Positions 17,507-26,454 of a stretch of 44,218 nucleotides of DNA are shown one piece after another. Source of the DNA: Deinococcota bacterium. Its GTDB lineage: Bacteria; Deinococcota; Deinococci; Deinococcales; Trueperaceae. The stretch's first letter is position 1. Each line of letters begins with the position of its first letter. The notes beneath the pieces were generated by a model. That model had not been told where the DNA came from and made no database searches. It was given only the letters and a program-made list of their open reading frames with translations. Location: NCBI GenBank assembly GCA_039034155.1, contig JBCCBI010000001.1:1-44218 (forward strand). The letters run 5' to 3'. Both the position numbers and the translations under genes were made by a program.

Positions 17507-18394
17507 CTAGCTAGAAACTTCTTTGTTGGGCATCCTTTGAATCTGCTTGAGATACGCTGTCACCTCATCATCTACCGTTTGTGGGTAGTGAAGACTGAGG
17601 CTATCTGTAACACGTTTAGACACATCACGAAACAAGTCAATAGTGTTGAATAGCGCCTGCCACATTTCATCCACATCAAAACTTACAAATGTCTCCACCA
17701 ACGCTTGCCACATCTCTTTAGGAAGATGATCCTGCAAGCCGCGCCCGAGCACACCGGGGCTGAACGTCCAGTTTTGCTGGCTAGACACGTACCACTCGAG
17801 CACCCTGCGTAACCTCTGCTGCTTCATGACTTGCTCGAGGTTGTAGTGCGCATGCCATAACTCATCCCGCCATAAGTTTTTGGCAACATAAGTGGACTCC
17901 CAAAAAAATTCTTGTACCGTGTCATCTAACATCTTCTGGTCAGGTGGATGGACAACATAAGCGCTGTAGGTTGGTGATTTGAGCTTGACCGCGAGATTGT
18001 CTTTATCTACCAGAACCTTGTAACCAACATCTAAATCTGCCGTGAGGGTTTGGGTAGTGACGTAGTGCTCGAGCAAACTCACAGGTGTAAGTGTGTAATC
18101 GACTTTGCTGCCATCCTCATAAAACACCATTCGGTAATGTGATCTTTGGTTAGCGTTATCTAGATCATCCACAACAGGTAAGCGCACCATCACCTTGGCG
18201 ATATCTTCTTGCCATGCTAGAGATTGCAAAAACGGTAGCACATCGCTTGCAACCAGTACAATGTCGAGGTCAGAAAGTGCGTCTGGCTGCTTCATCTTGC
18301 TAGCACGCGAGCTTGTGAGGAGGACGGCATGGACATCATTACGGCGTTGTGCCCACTCTATAATGCGCGTGAGTGTTCTTTGAATATCGGTCAT
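17507..18394 (-). CDS. Aminoglycoside 6-nucleotidyltransferase-like protein (ANT(6)/AadK family)
   Basis: The 295 aa ORF carries the nucleotidyltransferase motif LTSSRA-x13-DLDIVLV, which aligns with the GSRA...DYDI motif of ANT(6). The C-terminal helical domain is similar (EFFWESTYVAKNLWRDELWHA). Confidence 0.65.
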   Translation of the reverse strand: MTDIQRTLTRIIEWAQRRNDVHAVLLTSSRASKMKQPDALSDLDIVLVASDVLPFLQSLAWQEDIAKVMVRLPVVDDLDNANQRSHYRMVFYEDGSKVDYTLTPVSLLEHYVTTQTLTADLDVGYKVLVDKDNLAVKLKSPTYSAYVVHPPDQKMLDDTVQEFFWESTYVAKNLWRDELWHAHYNLEQVMKQQRLRRVLEWYVSSQQNWTFSPGVLGRGLQDHLPKEMWQALVETFVSFDVDEMWQALFNTIDLFRDVSKRVTDSLSLHYPQTVDDEVTAYLKQIQRMPNKEVSS

Positions 18395-18496
18395 AAGCTA
18401 AGCATAGTCCAGAAGTCTCATCAGCTTCTCAACTAAATAGCTGCGGCTACAGGCAAAACTTGCGCGCGTGCGCTTGTTTTATGAAGAAAATATGCT

Positions 18497-18928
18497 ATGT
18501 TTGGCGATATGGCAATCGAACGTACTTTTGCAATGGTCAAACCCGATGGCGTCAAACGTAACCTCGTTGGTGAAGTGGTCAGCCGTATTGAAGCTAAAGG
18601 TTTTAATATCGTCGGCTTAAAGCTCTTACAAATTAGTCGCGAACGGGCTGAACGGCACTACGGTGAGCATAAAGACAAGCCTTTTTTTGAGGGGCTCGTG
18701 TCCTTTATTACCAGCGGCCCGGTTGTAGCGATGGTGCTCGAGGGTGAGAATGCTATTTCCGAATGGCGCAAGATGATGGGCGCAACCAACCCTAAAGATG
18801 CTGCTCCCGGCACCATTCGCGGCGATTTAGCTACCATTATTGACGAAAATGTCTCACACGGTAGTGATGCACCCGCAACGGCTGAACGCGAAATCAATAT
18901 CTTTTTTGAGGATGCTGAGCTGCTTTAA
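18497..18928 (+). CDS. ndk: Nucleoside diphosphate kinase
   Basis: Canonical Ndk sequence is present ([19 protein letters not shown]). The true start may be the ATG at 18509 (MAIERTF...). Confidence 0.95.
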   Translation: MFGDMAIERTFAMVKPDGVKRNLVGEVVSRIEAKGFNIVGLKLLQISRERAERHYGEHKDKPFFEGLVSFITSGPVVAMVLEGENAISEWRKMMGATNPKDAAPGTIRGDLATIIDENVSHGSDAPATAEREINIFFEDAELL

Positions 18929-18959
18929 GGTAACTTGAAAATTCACGTAATGGCAGGTG

Positions 18960-18988
18960 ACCTCGAGCAATGCTCGAGGTTTTTTATT
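18960..18988 (+). terminator. Intrinsic terminator of ndk
   Basis: There is a perfect 9 bp stem, ACCTCGAGC (18960-18968) / GCTCGAGGT (18972-18980), with loop AAT, followed by TTTTTATT. Confidence 0.85.
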
Positions 18989-19098
18989 GCTACCCAAATT
19001 TATCACTAGTGTGCCTACAACAAAATAGAATATATACACAAATAAATGTATTATAGATTTACATTTGTAGATCATGTGGGAAGTTGAGGGGAAGTCTC

Positions 19099-20526
19099 AT
19101 GAAACAATTATTTGTTGTCCTTACCTTGTGCATTATCAGTAGTGCGCAAGCGTTTTGCGGTTTTTATGTTGGCAAAGCAGACAGCCAACTGTTCAACGAA
19201 GCATCCAAAGTGATTATTGCCAGAGATGACAATCGTACGGTACTTTCTATGGCGAACGACTACCGTGGCGAGCTTAGCGAATTTGCGCTGGTTGTGCCTA
19301 TTCCTTACGTCTTTGACCAATCCCAAATTCAAGTAGGTGACGCTAGCATTTTTGACCGGATAGATGCTTACAGCGCGCCGCGTCTAGTTGAATACTTTGA
19401 TAACAACCCTTGTCCAATTTATGCCGATTACAACAGATTGCCTGGTTCACCAGGACCAGTAGGTCCACCAGGACCAGCAATGACGATGACACCGACACCT
19501 GATCTAGTTACAGTTGAAGCGTCTTTCAGTGTAGGTGAGTACGACATCCTCATACTTTCTGCAGAGGAAGCAACTGGCTTAGAAACATGGCTTTTACAAA
19601 ACGACTATAAGATACCAGAGGGTGCTGCTGAGATTTTTAACGACTACATAGACGCTGGTATGAAATTCTTTGTTGCAAAAATAAATCTGAATGCTGTGAG
19701 TGCTGACGATAGTGTATTGCTGAGTCCTTTGGTAATGGCTTTTGAATCTGAAGAGTTGATACTCCCGATTCAGCTTGGCACAGTAAATGCTGCAGGACAA
19801 CAAGACTTAATTGTGTTTTTGTTATCCCCAGAAGGTCGCATCGTAACTGATAACTACCCTGTTGTTGATATTCCTTCAGAGGTCAACTTACCAGAGTATG
19901 TAGATGAAAGTTTCGCAGATTTTTATATCAGCATGTTTGACACCATTGCTGATCGCACTCAATATGACGGCGGCGTTGTTTTCTTGGAACATGCGTGGGA
20001 TATGCGTTGGTGTGATCCTTGCGCAGCTAATCCTTTAAACGATACCGAGTTACGCCAAGCAGGGGTTTTTTGGAATGTGGTTGGGGTACGTTCTGCGCCT
20101 GCGCCTTCACCTAGAGTTATTTCTAATGCACCCAATACAACTGTACCTGTACCTACAACTCGGCCCACTGTAACAACCACTACGAGATCTAATACGCCAC
20201 CTAATGTTTACCTAACCCGTCTCCACCTTCGTTACGACCGCGAGAGCTATCCAGAAGATTTACGCTTTCGCGTGACGGACAACCGTGAGAACTTCCAAGG
20301 TCGCTATATTTTGCAGCGTCCTTTTAATGGCACTATTACCTGTGAAGCGGGTGAAGTGTATGTGCAGGAAGTGCTCGAGCGACAACAGCGCGAGGCCCAG
20401 CAACTTGCTGATCTAACCAGTTGGGAACTTTCAGACATTCGCGCTAATATAACTCCCTACAACCCAGAAATTAACATCCGTGATTGGTGGGACAGCGTAT
20501 TTGATAGTTTTGAGCCATCCATGTAA
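19099..20526 (+). CDS. Secreted DUF2330-type protein, paralog 1
   Basis: The likely start is the ATG at 19099, after GAGGGGAAG. The signal peptide ends AQA, followed by FCGFYVGKAD. A conserved WCDPCAA motif is present. The protein has a GPPGP-type insert and a 41 aa Pro/Thr-rich segment that replaces a 7 aa segment of paralog 2. Confidence 0.75.
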   Translation: MKQLFVVLTLCIISSAQAFCGFYVGKADSQLFNEASKVIIARDDNRTVLSMANDYRGELSEFALVVPIPYVFDQSQIQVGDASIFDRIDAYSAPRLVEYFDNNPCPIYADYNRLPGSPGPVGPPGPAMTMTPTPDLVTVEASFSVGEYDILILSAEEATGLETWLLQNDYKIPEGAAEIFNDYIDAGMKFFVAKINLNAVSADDSVLLSPLVMAFESEELILPIQLGTVNAAGQQDLIVFLLSPEGRIVTDNYPVVDIPSEVNLPEYVDESFADFYISMFDTIADRTQYDGGVVFLEHAWDMRWCDPCAANPLNDTELRQAGVFWNVVGVRSAPAPSPRVISNAPNTTVPVPTTRPTVTTTTRSNTPPNVYLTRLHLRYDRESYPEDLRFRVTDNRENFQGRYILQRPFNGTITCEAGEVYVQEVLERQQREAQQLADLTSWELSDIRANITPYNPEINIRDWWDSVFDSFEPSM

Positions 20527-20628
20527 GCCTCAGTATCATAACGTTCACACGCACAGCAGACGCCAAATAGGTAATGTAGATTTAGACACATTGTAACTCT
20601 TATCTTTACCCTTGCTCTAGGAGGCGTT

Positions 20629-21945
20629 ATGAGACATATATTGATTGGGCTTATCTTTTGCGTACTCACCAGCGCGCACGCGTTTTGTGGGTTCTACGTC
20701 GGCAAAGCCGACAGCCAACTGTTTAACGAAGCATCCAAAGTGATTATCGCCAGAGACGGCAACCGTACTGTTTTGTCAATGGCGAACGATTATCGGGGTG
20801 AGGTGAATGAGTTTGCGCTCGTTGTGCCTATTCCTTACGTATTTGAGGAATCCCAGATTCAAGTGGGGAGTGCCAGCATTTTTGATCGCGTAGACGCCTA
20901 TAGTGCGCCACGCCTTGTTGAATATTTTGATGAAGACCCCTGCTGGATACACGACCGCGAACGTATGTTTGACATACTTCCCAGTGCGCCTACGATGGAG
21001 TCTGCCGGCGCATTACCTAGTGAAGATGCGCTTGGCGTGACTATTGAAGCATCGTTTAGTGTGGGTGAGTACGATATTTTGATGCTCTCTGCAGAAGAGT
21101 CGGATGGGCTCGAGACCTGGCTTCTCCAAAACGACTACAACATCCCCGCAGGTGCGGCTGAGGTCTTTAACCGCTACATAGCTATGGGCATGAAGTTTTT
21201 TGTGGCTAGGGTTAATCTAGCCGAGTTTGAAGCTACTGGCAACGTCTTATTGCGACCCCTAGCGATGGCCTTTGAGTCAGATGAGCTGATGTTGCCCATT
21301 CAACTTGGCACGGTCAACGCAGCTGGCAAGCAAGATTTAGTTGTGTTTTTACTTTCACCAGAAGGGCGCATTGTCACCGATAACTACCGCATGGTGAATA
21401 TTCCGTCAGATGTGAACTTGCCCGAGTACGTTGACGAAAATTTTGCGGATTTTTACGTGAGTATGTTTCAAGCCGTGAGCGAGCGCGAGCAAACTGGACA
21501 AGGTGTGACCTTTTTAGAATACGCGTGGGATATGAGCTGGTGTGACCCTTGTGCTGCTGATCCCCTCACAGACGACGAGCTAGCCCAAGCAGGTGTGTTT
21601 TGGAATATTGATAATCGCGGTGGTGCACCCAATGTCTACCTCACCCGTTTGCACTTGCGTTATGACCGCGAAAGTCACCCGGAGGATTTGCAATTCCGCG
21701 TCACTAACAACCGGGACAACTTTCAAGGGCGCTATATTTTGCAACGTCCCTTTGATGGCGTCATTACTTGCCAAGAGGGTGAAGAATACATCAATGGTGT
21801 TGTGCAACGGCAAAAACGTGAGGCAGAGCAACTTGCCAACTTAACAGGTTGGGAGCTTGCCGAGATTCAAGCCAATATCACGCCCTACAACCCAGAGGTG
21901 GACTTTCCAGAATGGTGGGAAACGCTGTTTGATAGATTGCGTTAA
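20629..21945 (+). CDS. Secreted DUF2330-type protein, paralog 2
   Basis: The 438 aa ORF follows an AGGAGG RBS. The signal peptide ends AHA, followed by FCGFYVGKAD. It is collinear with paralog 1 apart from two variable segments. Confidence 0.75.
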   Translation: MRHILIGLIFCVLTSAHAFCGFYVGKADSQLFNEASKVIIARDGNRTVLSMANDYRGEVNEFALVVPIPYVFEESQIQVGSASIFDRVDAYSAPRLVEYFDEDPCWIHDRERMFDILPSAPTMESAGALPSEDALGVTIEASFSVGEYDILMLSAEESDGLETWLLQNDYNIPAGAAEVFNRYIAMGMKFFVARVNLAEFEATGNVLLRPLAMAFESDELMLPIQLGTVNAAGKQDLVVFLLSPEGRIVTDNYRMVNIPSDVNLPEYVDENFADFYVSMFQAVSEREQTGQGVTFLEYAWDMSWCDPCAADPLTDDELAQAGVFWNIDNRGGAPNVYLTRLHLRYDRESHPEDLQFRVTNNRDNFQGRYILQRPFDGVITCQEGEEYINGVVQRQKREAEQLANLTGWELAEIQANITPYNPEVDFPEWWETLFDRLR

Positions 21946-22184
21946 ATGTTTAGATAGAGGACGTTAACTCAAAACTGAGGTTATCAACACTTTGGGGCAA
22001 CGTCCATCTGAATATCACTTGCTTGTGTTGATACGAATTTGACCTCTATATAAAAATCTTGTGATGACGGCTAGTATTTAAGGGATTTGTAGAATGCCCT
22101 CATCACAAGTTGATGATGAGACTACACGCACATCCTCACTGCTACTGATAGGTCTAGCCGATGCTGCTAACCTCGAGCCAAAAA

Positions 22185-22227
22185 CAACGTCCACCTTAAA
22201 TCTATCTCGGTGGACGTTGATGTTTTG
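22185..22227. terminator. Bidirectional terminator between convergent DUF2330 and amylase genes
   Basis: There is a perfect 11 bp stem, CAACGTCCACC (22185-22195) / GGTGGACGTTG (22209-22219). It is flanked by AAAAA upstream and ATGTTTTG downstream. Confidence 0.65.
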
Positions 22228-22242
22228 CTGGTTCAGCAAGTG

Positions 22243-25200
22243 TTAGTCGAGCACTACCTGAAGCGGTGTTTCAAATTCAGCTAAACGTGGGGTTGGCCCG
22301 TCATACTGTGGCTGAATCGTGTTGCCTGGTGCGTCGGGGGTAGAGTTGACATTGGGAATAATGTCACCGGCACCGTACAAACTACCGCCGAACACACCTG
22401 CATAGAGGTCAATTGAGGTAGGTTTAGCATCCAAGCCCAAAGCTACCCACGGAATAGCAACTTCACTGGCAAATGCAAATTCATCCTCACCAGTTGATAC
22501 CGTCGCGGTAATACCTGCCTCAGATGTAGTTTCTGTAGTTGAGACGAGCCTACGTACGCTAGGCACGCCACCACCATCTTGAGCGATAATTGTGTCAATT
22601 CCAGCAGTAAAGGTTGCCCACTTAGCGAAGGCATCTAGTTCGTTCATAGCTTCTACGCCGCCGTCAATACTGTCAACGTAGACAATCATAGCGTTGCCAC
22701 CTTCAGCTCGGTAGCGGTAACCAAGGTAGAGATAGTCGTCGTCAGCATCTACATACATGTCTATAAACAGGTTGTTAGCACCAAAGCCAAAATCGAAGCC
22801 TTCGGGACCGTTGACGAGAACAGGGGCGCTATCCCAATCGCTTAAATCGCCATCGATGGCATAGTGAGTGGCGGGTGGGGCAAGTTCGAGCATCACCTCA
22901 TCAGCTGGCGCTGTAACCTCGAGGCTAGCGTTCGTTAAACCAGGCGCGCTGGCAGTTAGTGTCGTCGTTGTATCAGACGGTAACGGCAAGTAGAACGTAC
23001 CATCGTCAAAGGTAAACGCAAAGTAAAAACGGTCATCCAGTGCAGCATCAACCAGTGCATTCGCCACGGGTGCATCCAAGCTCGTCACTGTACCTGTCAC
23101 AGCGGCGTCCGGCATACCTGGTGGCAAGCCCTCAATGAAGTTGTAGATACCTTCGTAGTTAATTGTAGATTCGTCGAGCAAAAGGGTCCGGTTGTTCGTG
23201 CCTACGCCTTCATAGCCGCCGTTTTTGGCTGTGGCTGCGTCGTTGGCAAACTTGAATGAGATTTCGCGGAAGAGGGGAAGCTCGAGCGTCATCTCATAAA
23301 ACCCGCGCTGACCGTCAACAGGTGTCATGGGGTAGCGAATTTCACTGCCAGTGTCAAAACGGCGGATTTGCATAGGTGCATTACCTTGTGAACGGGCGTC
23401 CACCACAAAGGTCACGCTCGAGACAGCATCAGCATCTGGCGTCGCCATCACCGTGGGATTATTCGTACTTTCGCGGCCGTCACCGTCTACGGTTACAACC
23501 TCAAAGTCGTAACTGACGCCATTGTCCAACCCGCGTACCACCACACTATCCACGTTCACACCCAGCGGTGCAAAGTTGCTTTGAACGCGCTCGCCGCCGC
23601 TCGTTAGAGAATAGTAAACGCGGTAACCAAGGGCATCAGCATCCGTCACGGGTGTCCAACTGAGTTTCACCGCAGCACCACCGGGGAGTGCAGTTACGTT
23701 GGCAACGGTTTCGAGATCGTCATTACTGCCGCCCGTCGTACTACCTGCTGCACCTGCTACGGCAATGACCGTGCGCGCTGGAATTGTGCCGACGAGCAGA
23801 CCATCTACAATGCCCAGATCTGTTGGACGCCCACTTACTTCGGTCAGCGTTGTGCCTTCAGCAAAAGTTCCCAATAAGGGGATGCCACCTGCGGCAATTT
23901 GACTTAAATCCACAGCTTCATCGGCGTTGTTCATGACCATTACGACGGAGGGTTCACCGTCTAACGTGCGCCTAAAGGCCATCACATTGGCACCGTTGTC
24001 ACTGGGGCGTGAAAGCATCTGCTGAGCACCATGAGTGAGCGCGCGGTACTGGTCGCGGGCACCTGCCAGCGCGCTCATGCGTTCGTCTAGGTCACTTTGT
24101 CCAAGCTGACCAAAGTCCATGAGGTCACGGTTTTGGGGGTCGTTGTCACCTTCTAAGCCAATTTCGGTGCCGTAGTAAATGCTGGGCGCACCACGGGCAA
24201 TAAAGATGAGCGAGAGGGCCATGTCAAGCCGCTCGAGCGCATCTTCTCTACTAATGCCGTTGTTCATCGTACGAGTCATAAAGCGCTGCACATCGTGGTT
24301 ATCTACAAAGGTCACTAGGCGTGTGGGGTCGTCGTAGAGGCTATCTTGGTCAAAAATTTCAGCGATGTCGTTGAGGCTACCACCGGAGCTCGAGAGGTGA
24401 TCGTTAATGCGGTAATACAGCGGAAAGTCAAACACCGCAGGTAGACCAACATCGTTGAGGTAGGATGCCAAAAAGGGAATATCTCCCGTAAAGATTTCGC
24501 CGACGAGCCACACACGGTTTGGGTCGCCCGGCTCACCGGGGCCAAAAAACTGTGCCCAGTAGCTATCATTAACGTGCTTGACCGTATCCATGCGGATGCC
24601 GTCAATGCCAAAGGTTTCCACGTAGTAATCCACAATGGCGTTGAGCCAAGCGGTTACTTCGGGAATGTCTTGGTTGAGGTCGGGGAGGCGCGCCAGTTCG
24701 CACTCTTGGTCGGGGACACTCGAGGCTTCACAGGTTGCCGTGTCGTGGAACCAGTTTGGTTGCGTGGTGAGCAAGGTAGCATCGTACCCGGTGTGGTTGA
24801 CGACAACATCTTGAATAATTTTGATGTTGTTGGCGTGGGCTGTGTCAATCAGCGAGGTTAAATCATCCAACGTCCCAAAGTGGGGGTCAACTTGAATAAA
24901 GTCTTCGGCCCAGTAGCCGTGGAAGCCTGCAAAAATCCCGCTGTCATTGTTCCAAACATCTTCTGGAAACACATTGGCGTAATCGCGCATGTCAATGGCG
25001 GGAATTTGTAATTTGACGGGTGAAATCCAAATGGCGGTTATACCAAGATCGGTAAAATATCCCTCGCTAATCTTGGCTTCAATGCCCGAAAAATCACCGC
25101 CGTACCAGCCGCGTACATTGCTCTGGTCAGCTTGGTCGTTGGCACCGGGGCGATTAGCACCATCGTCGTTGCTGGTATCACCATTTGAAAAGCGGTCGGT

Positions 25201-25773
25201 AAGCGCAAAGTAGATGACCTCATCGCGCCAGTCGTCAGCTGGATCGAGGCCGATACGCGGCGTAAAGGCAGTTAAGCTCACGGCGACATCGTTAGCAGCA
25301 TTATCTGGACAAGGTTGACCAGCTTCAGTTGACAAATTCCCCGTTAAACCGCTGCCACTAGCAGATAATGTGAGGCTAAAGTCGGTTGCTGCTTGGTTGA
25401 GGTCTAGGCCTGTGCTTGTTAACGTACTGGTCGTTGTTGTAAGCGCTAGGTTGAGGGTATCGCTGTCATCTACCTCACCAGAGGCTTGCCCCTCAATCAG
25501 CAGTCCGGTGCGTCCGTCGAGCATGGAAAAATCACCTGTGAGGCGGTCATTTTGTTGACTCAGCTCGAGGTCCAAAAGAACGCTGTGCTCAACCTCACAA
25601 AGCTGTAAGGACACACCAGACTCGCGCCAGCGACCTTCAAATTGCTCAGTTTCACTTGTACTACTTCCACAAGCAGTAAGCACAAGAAGCATCATGAAAA
25701 GCGCTGTAAACGACCAGCGCAGACGAGTAAACGAGGCAGACCTCGCTTGATAACTTTCTATTAAGTTGTACAT
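22243..25773 (-). CDS. Large multidomain GH13 alpha-amylase-family lipoprotein
   Basis: The likely start is Met33 of the ORF, with the lipobox LVLTAC. GH13 conserved regions are present: YFALTDRF, DVVVNHTG, GIDGIRMDTVKH, LVGEIF and FVDNHD. An FN3-like segment and further beta-rich C-terminal domains follow. Confidence 0.85.
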   Translation of the reverse strand: MYNLIESYQARSASFTRLRWSFTALFMMLLVLTACGSSTSETEQFEGRWRESGVSLQLCEVEHSVLLDLELSQQNDRLTGDFSMLDGRTGLLIEGQASGEVDDSDTLNLALTTTTSTLTSTGLDLNQAATDFSLTLSASGSGLTGNLSTEAGQPCPDNAANDVAVSLTAFTPRIGLDPADDWRDEVIYFALTDRFSNGDTSNDDGANRPGANDQADQSNVRGWYGGDFSGIEAKISEGYFTDLGITAIWISPVKLQIPAIDMRDYANVFPEDVWNNDSGIFAGFHGYWAEDFIQVDPHFGTLDDLTSLIDTAHANNIKIIQDVVVNHTGYDATLLTTQPNWFHDTATCEASSVPDQECELARLPDLNQDIPEVTAWLNAIVDYYVETFGIDGIRMDTVKHVNDSYWAQFFGPGEPGDPNRVWLVGEIFTGDIPFLASYLNDVGLPAVFDFPLYYRINDHLSSSGGSLNDIAEIFDQDSLYDDPTRLVTFVDNHDVQRFMTRTMNNGISREDALERLDMALSLIFIARGAPSIYYGTEIGLEGDNDPQNRDLMDFGQLGQSDLDERMSALAGARDQYRALTHGAQQMLSRPSDNGANVMAFRRTLDGEPSVVMVMNNADEAVDLSQIAAGGIPLLGTFAEGTTLTEVSGRPTDLGIVDGLLVGTIPARTVIAVAGAAGSTTGGSNDDLETVANVTALPGGAAVKLSWTPVTDADALGYRVYYSLTSGGERVQSNFAPLGVNVDSVVVRGLDNGVSYDFEVVTVDGDGRESTNNPTVMATPDADAVSSVTFVVDARSQGNAPMQIRRFDTGSEIRYPMTPVDGQRGFYEMTLELPLFREISFKFANDAATAKNGGYEGVGTNNRTLLLDESTINYEGIYNFIEGLPPGMPDAAVTGTVTSLDAPVANALVDAALDDRFYFAFTFDDGTFYLPLPSDTTTTLTASAPGLTNASLEVTAPADEVMLELAPPATHYAIDGDLSDWDSAPVLVNGPEGFDFGFGANNLFIDMYVDADDDYLYLGYRYRAEGGNAMIVYVDSIDGGVEAMNELDAFAKWATFTAGIDTIIAQDGGGVPSVRRLVSTTETTSEAGITATVSTGEDEFAFASEVAIPWVALGLDAKPTSIDLYAGVFGGSLYGAGDIIPNVNSTPDAPGNTIQPQYDGPTPRLAEFETPLQVVLD

Positions 25774-25934
25774 AGTAATTTCTAATTTACCACACACATA
25801 AGTGTAGACGCATATTAGCTTGCAACATATACACACCAAAATGAGGCTGCTGAGCCCAAAACCTCTCATGAAGACTATGAGAAAAGTGCTTATTGCTAAC
25901 TTTAGTTAGGCTTTTCACTACCCCGCCAGGGGGG

Positions 25935-25962
25935 TGGAAAAGTTCGTCCAGATGCTTATACT
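25935..25962 (+). promoter_or_regulatory. Candidate promoter giving a leaderless transcript for the small ORF at 25969
   Basis: The elements are TGGAAA (25935-25940), a 16 nt spacer and TATACT (25957-25962). The -10 element ends 6 nt before the ATG, and no SD is present. Confidence 0.3.
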
Positions 25963-25968
25963 AGAGAT

Positions 25969-26202
25969 ATGAATACTGTCAATGCTGCCGGACTCATCTT
26001 AATCGTCTTTGCTGGGTTTGAGCTCATGCGTTGGCTAGATAGACTGCGTAAAGATATTTCTACAGATGAGTCATCACCTGCCGAAGCAACGCAAGATGTT
26101 ACGCAAACCCGCGTTACCCAAACGCTCACACCCGCGCATGTTTATGCAACCCAAGACGCGGTTATGAGTAAATCTATGATCGACACCGTTTGGGATGACT
26201 GA
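25969..26202 (+). CDS. Hypothetical small protein with one N-terminal transmembrane helix
   Basis: The 77 aa ORF has a hydrophobic N-terminus (AAGLILIVFAGFELM). It is bracketed by a candidate promoter and a good terminator. Confidence 0.4.
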   Translation: MNTVNAAGLILIVFAGFELMRWLDRLRKDISTDESSPAEATQDVTQTRVTQTLTPAHVYATQDAVMSKSMIDTVWDD

Positions 26203-26243
26203 ACTAACATACCTCTTTAGATAAACTAACTTAGATGATTTTG

Positions 26244-26269
26244 AACGCTGCCTGCGGGTGGCGTTTTTT
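26244..26269 (+). terminator. Intrinsic terminator after the small ORF
   Basis: The stem AACGCTGCC / GGTGGCGTT has 9 bp including 2 G-T wobbles. The loop is TGCG and the stem is followed by TTTT. Confidence 0.6.
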
Positions 26270-26454
26270 ACTGTTATGACCTCATGGGTATTGTGTTTGG
26301 AGATACAGCACGATTGCTTAGTGTGTCTCGAGTCATGATAGACAGCGTGTTTGACGTCATCGTCATCGTCTAACTTAGATTGAGACTATACGACCCAAGC
26401 ACCACACACAACTTACAACCAATACGAAAGAAACGGTGACACGGTGAAAACGTC

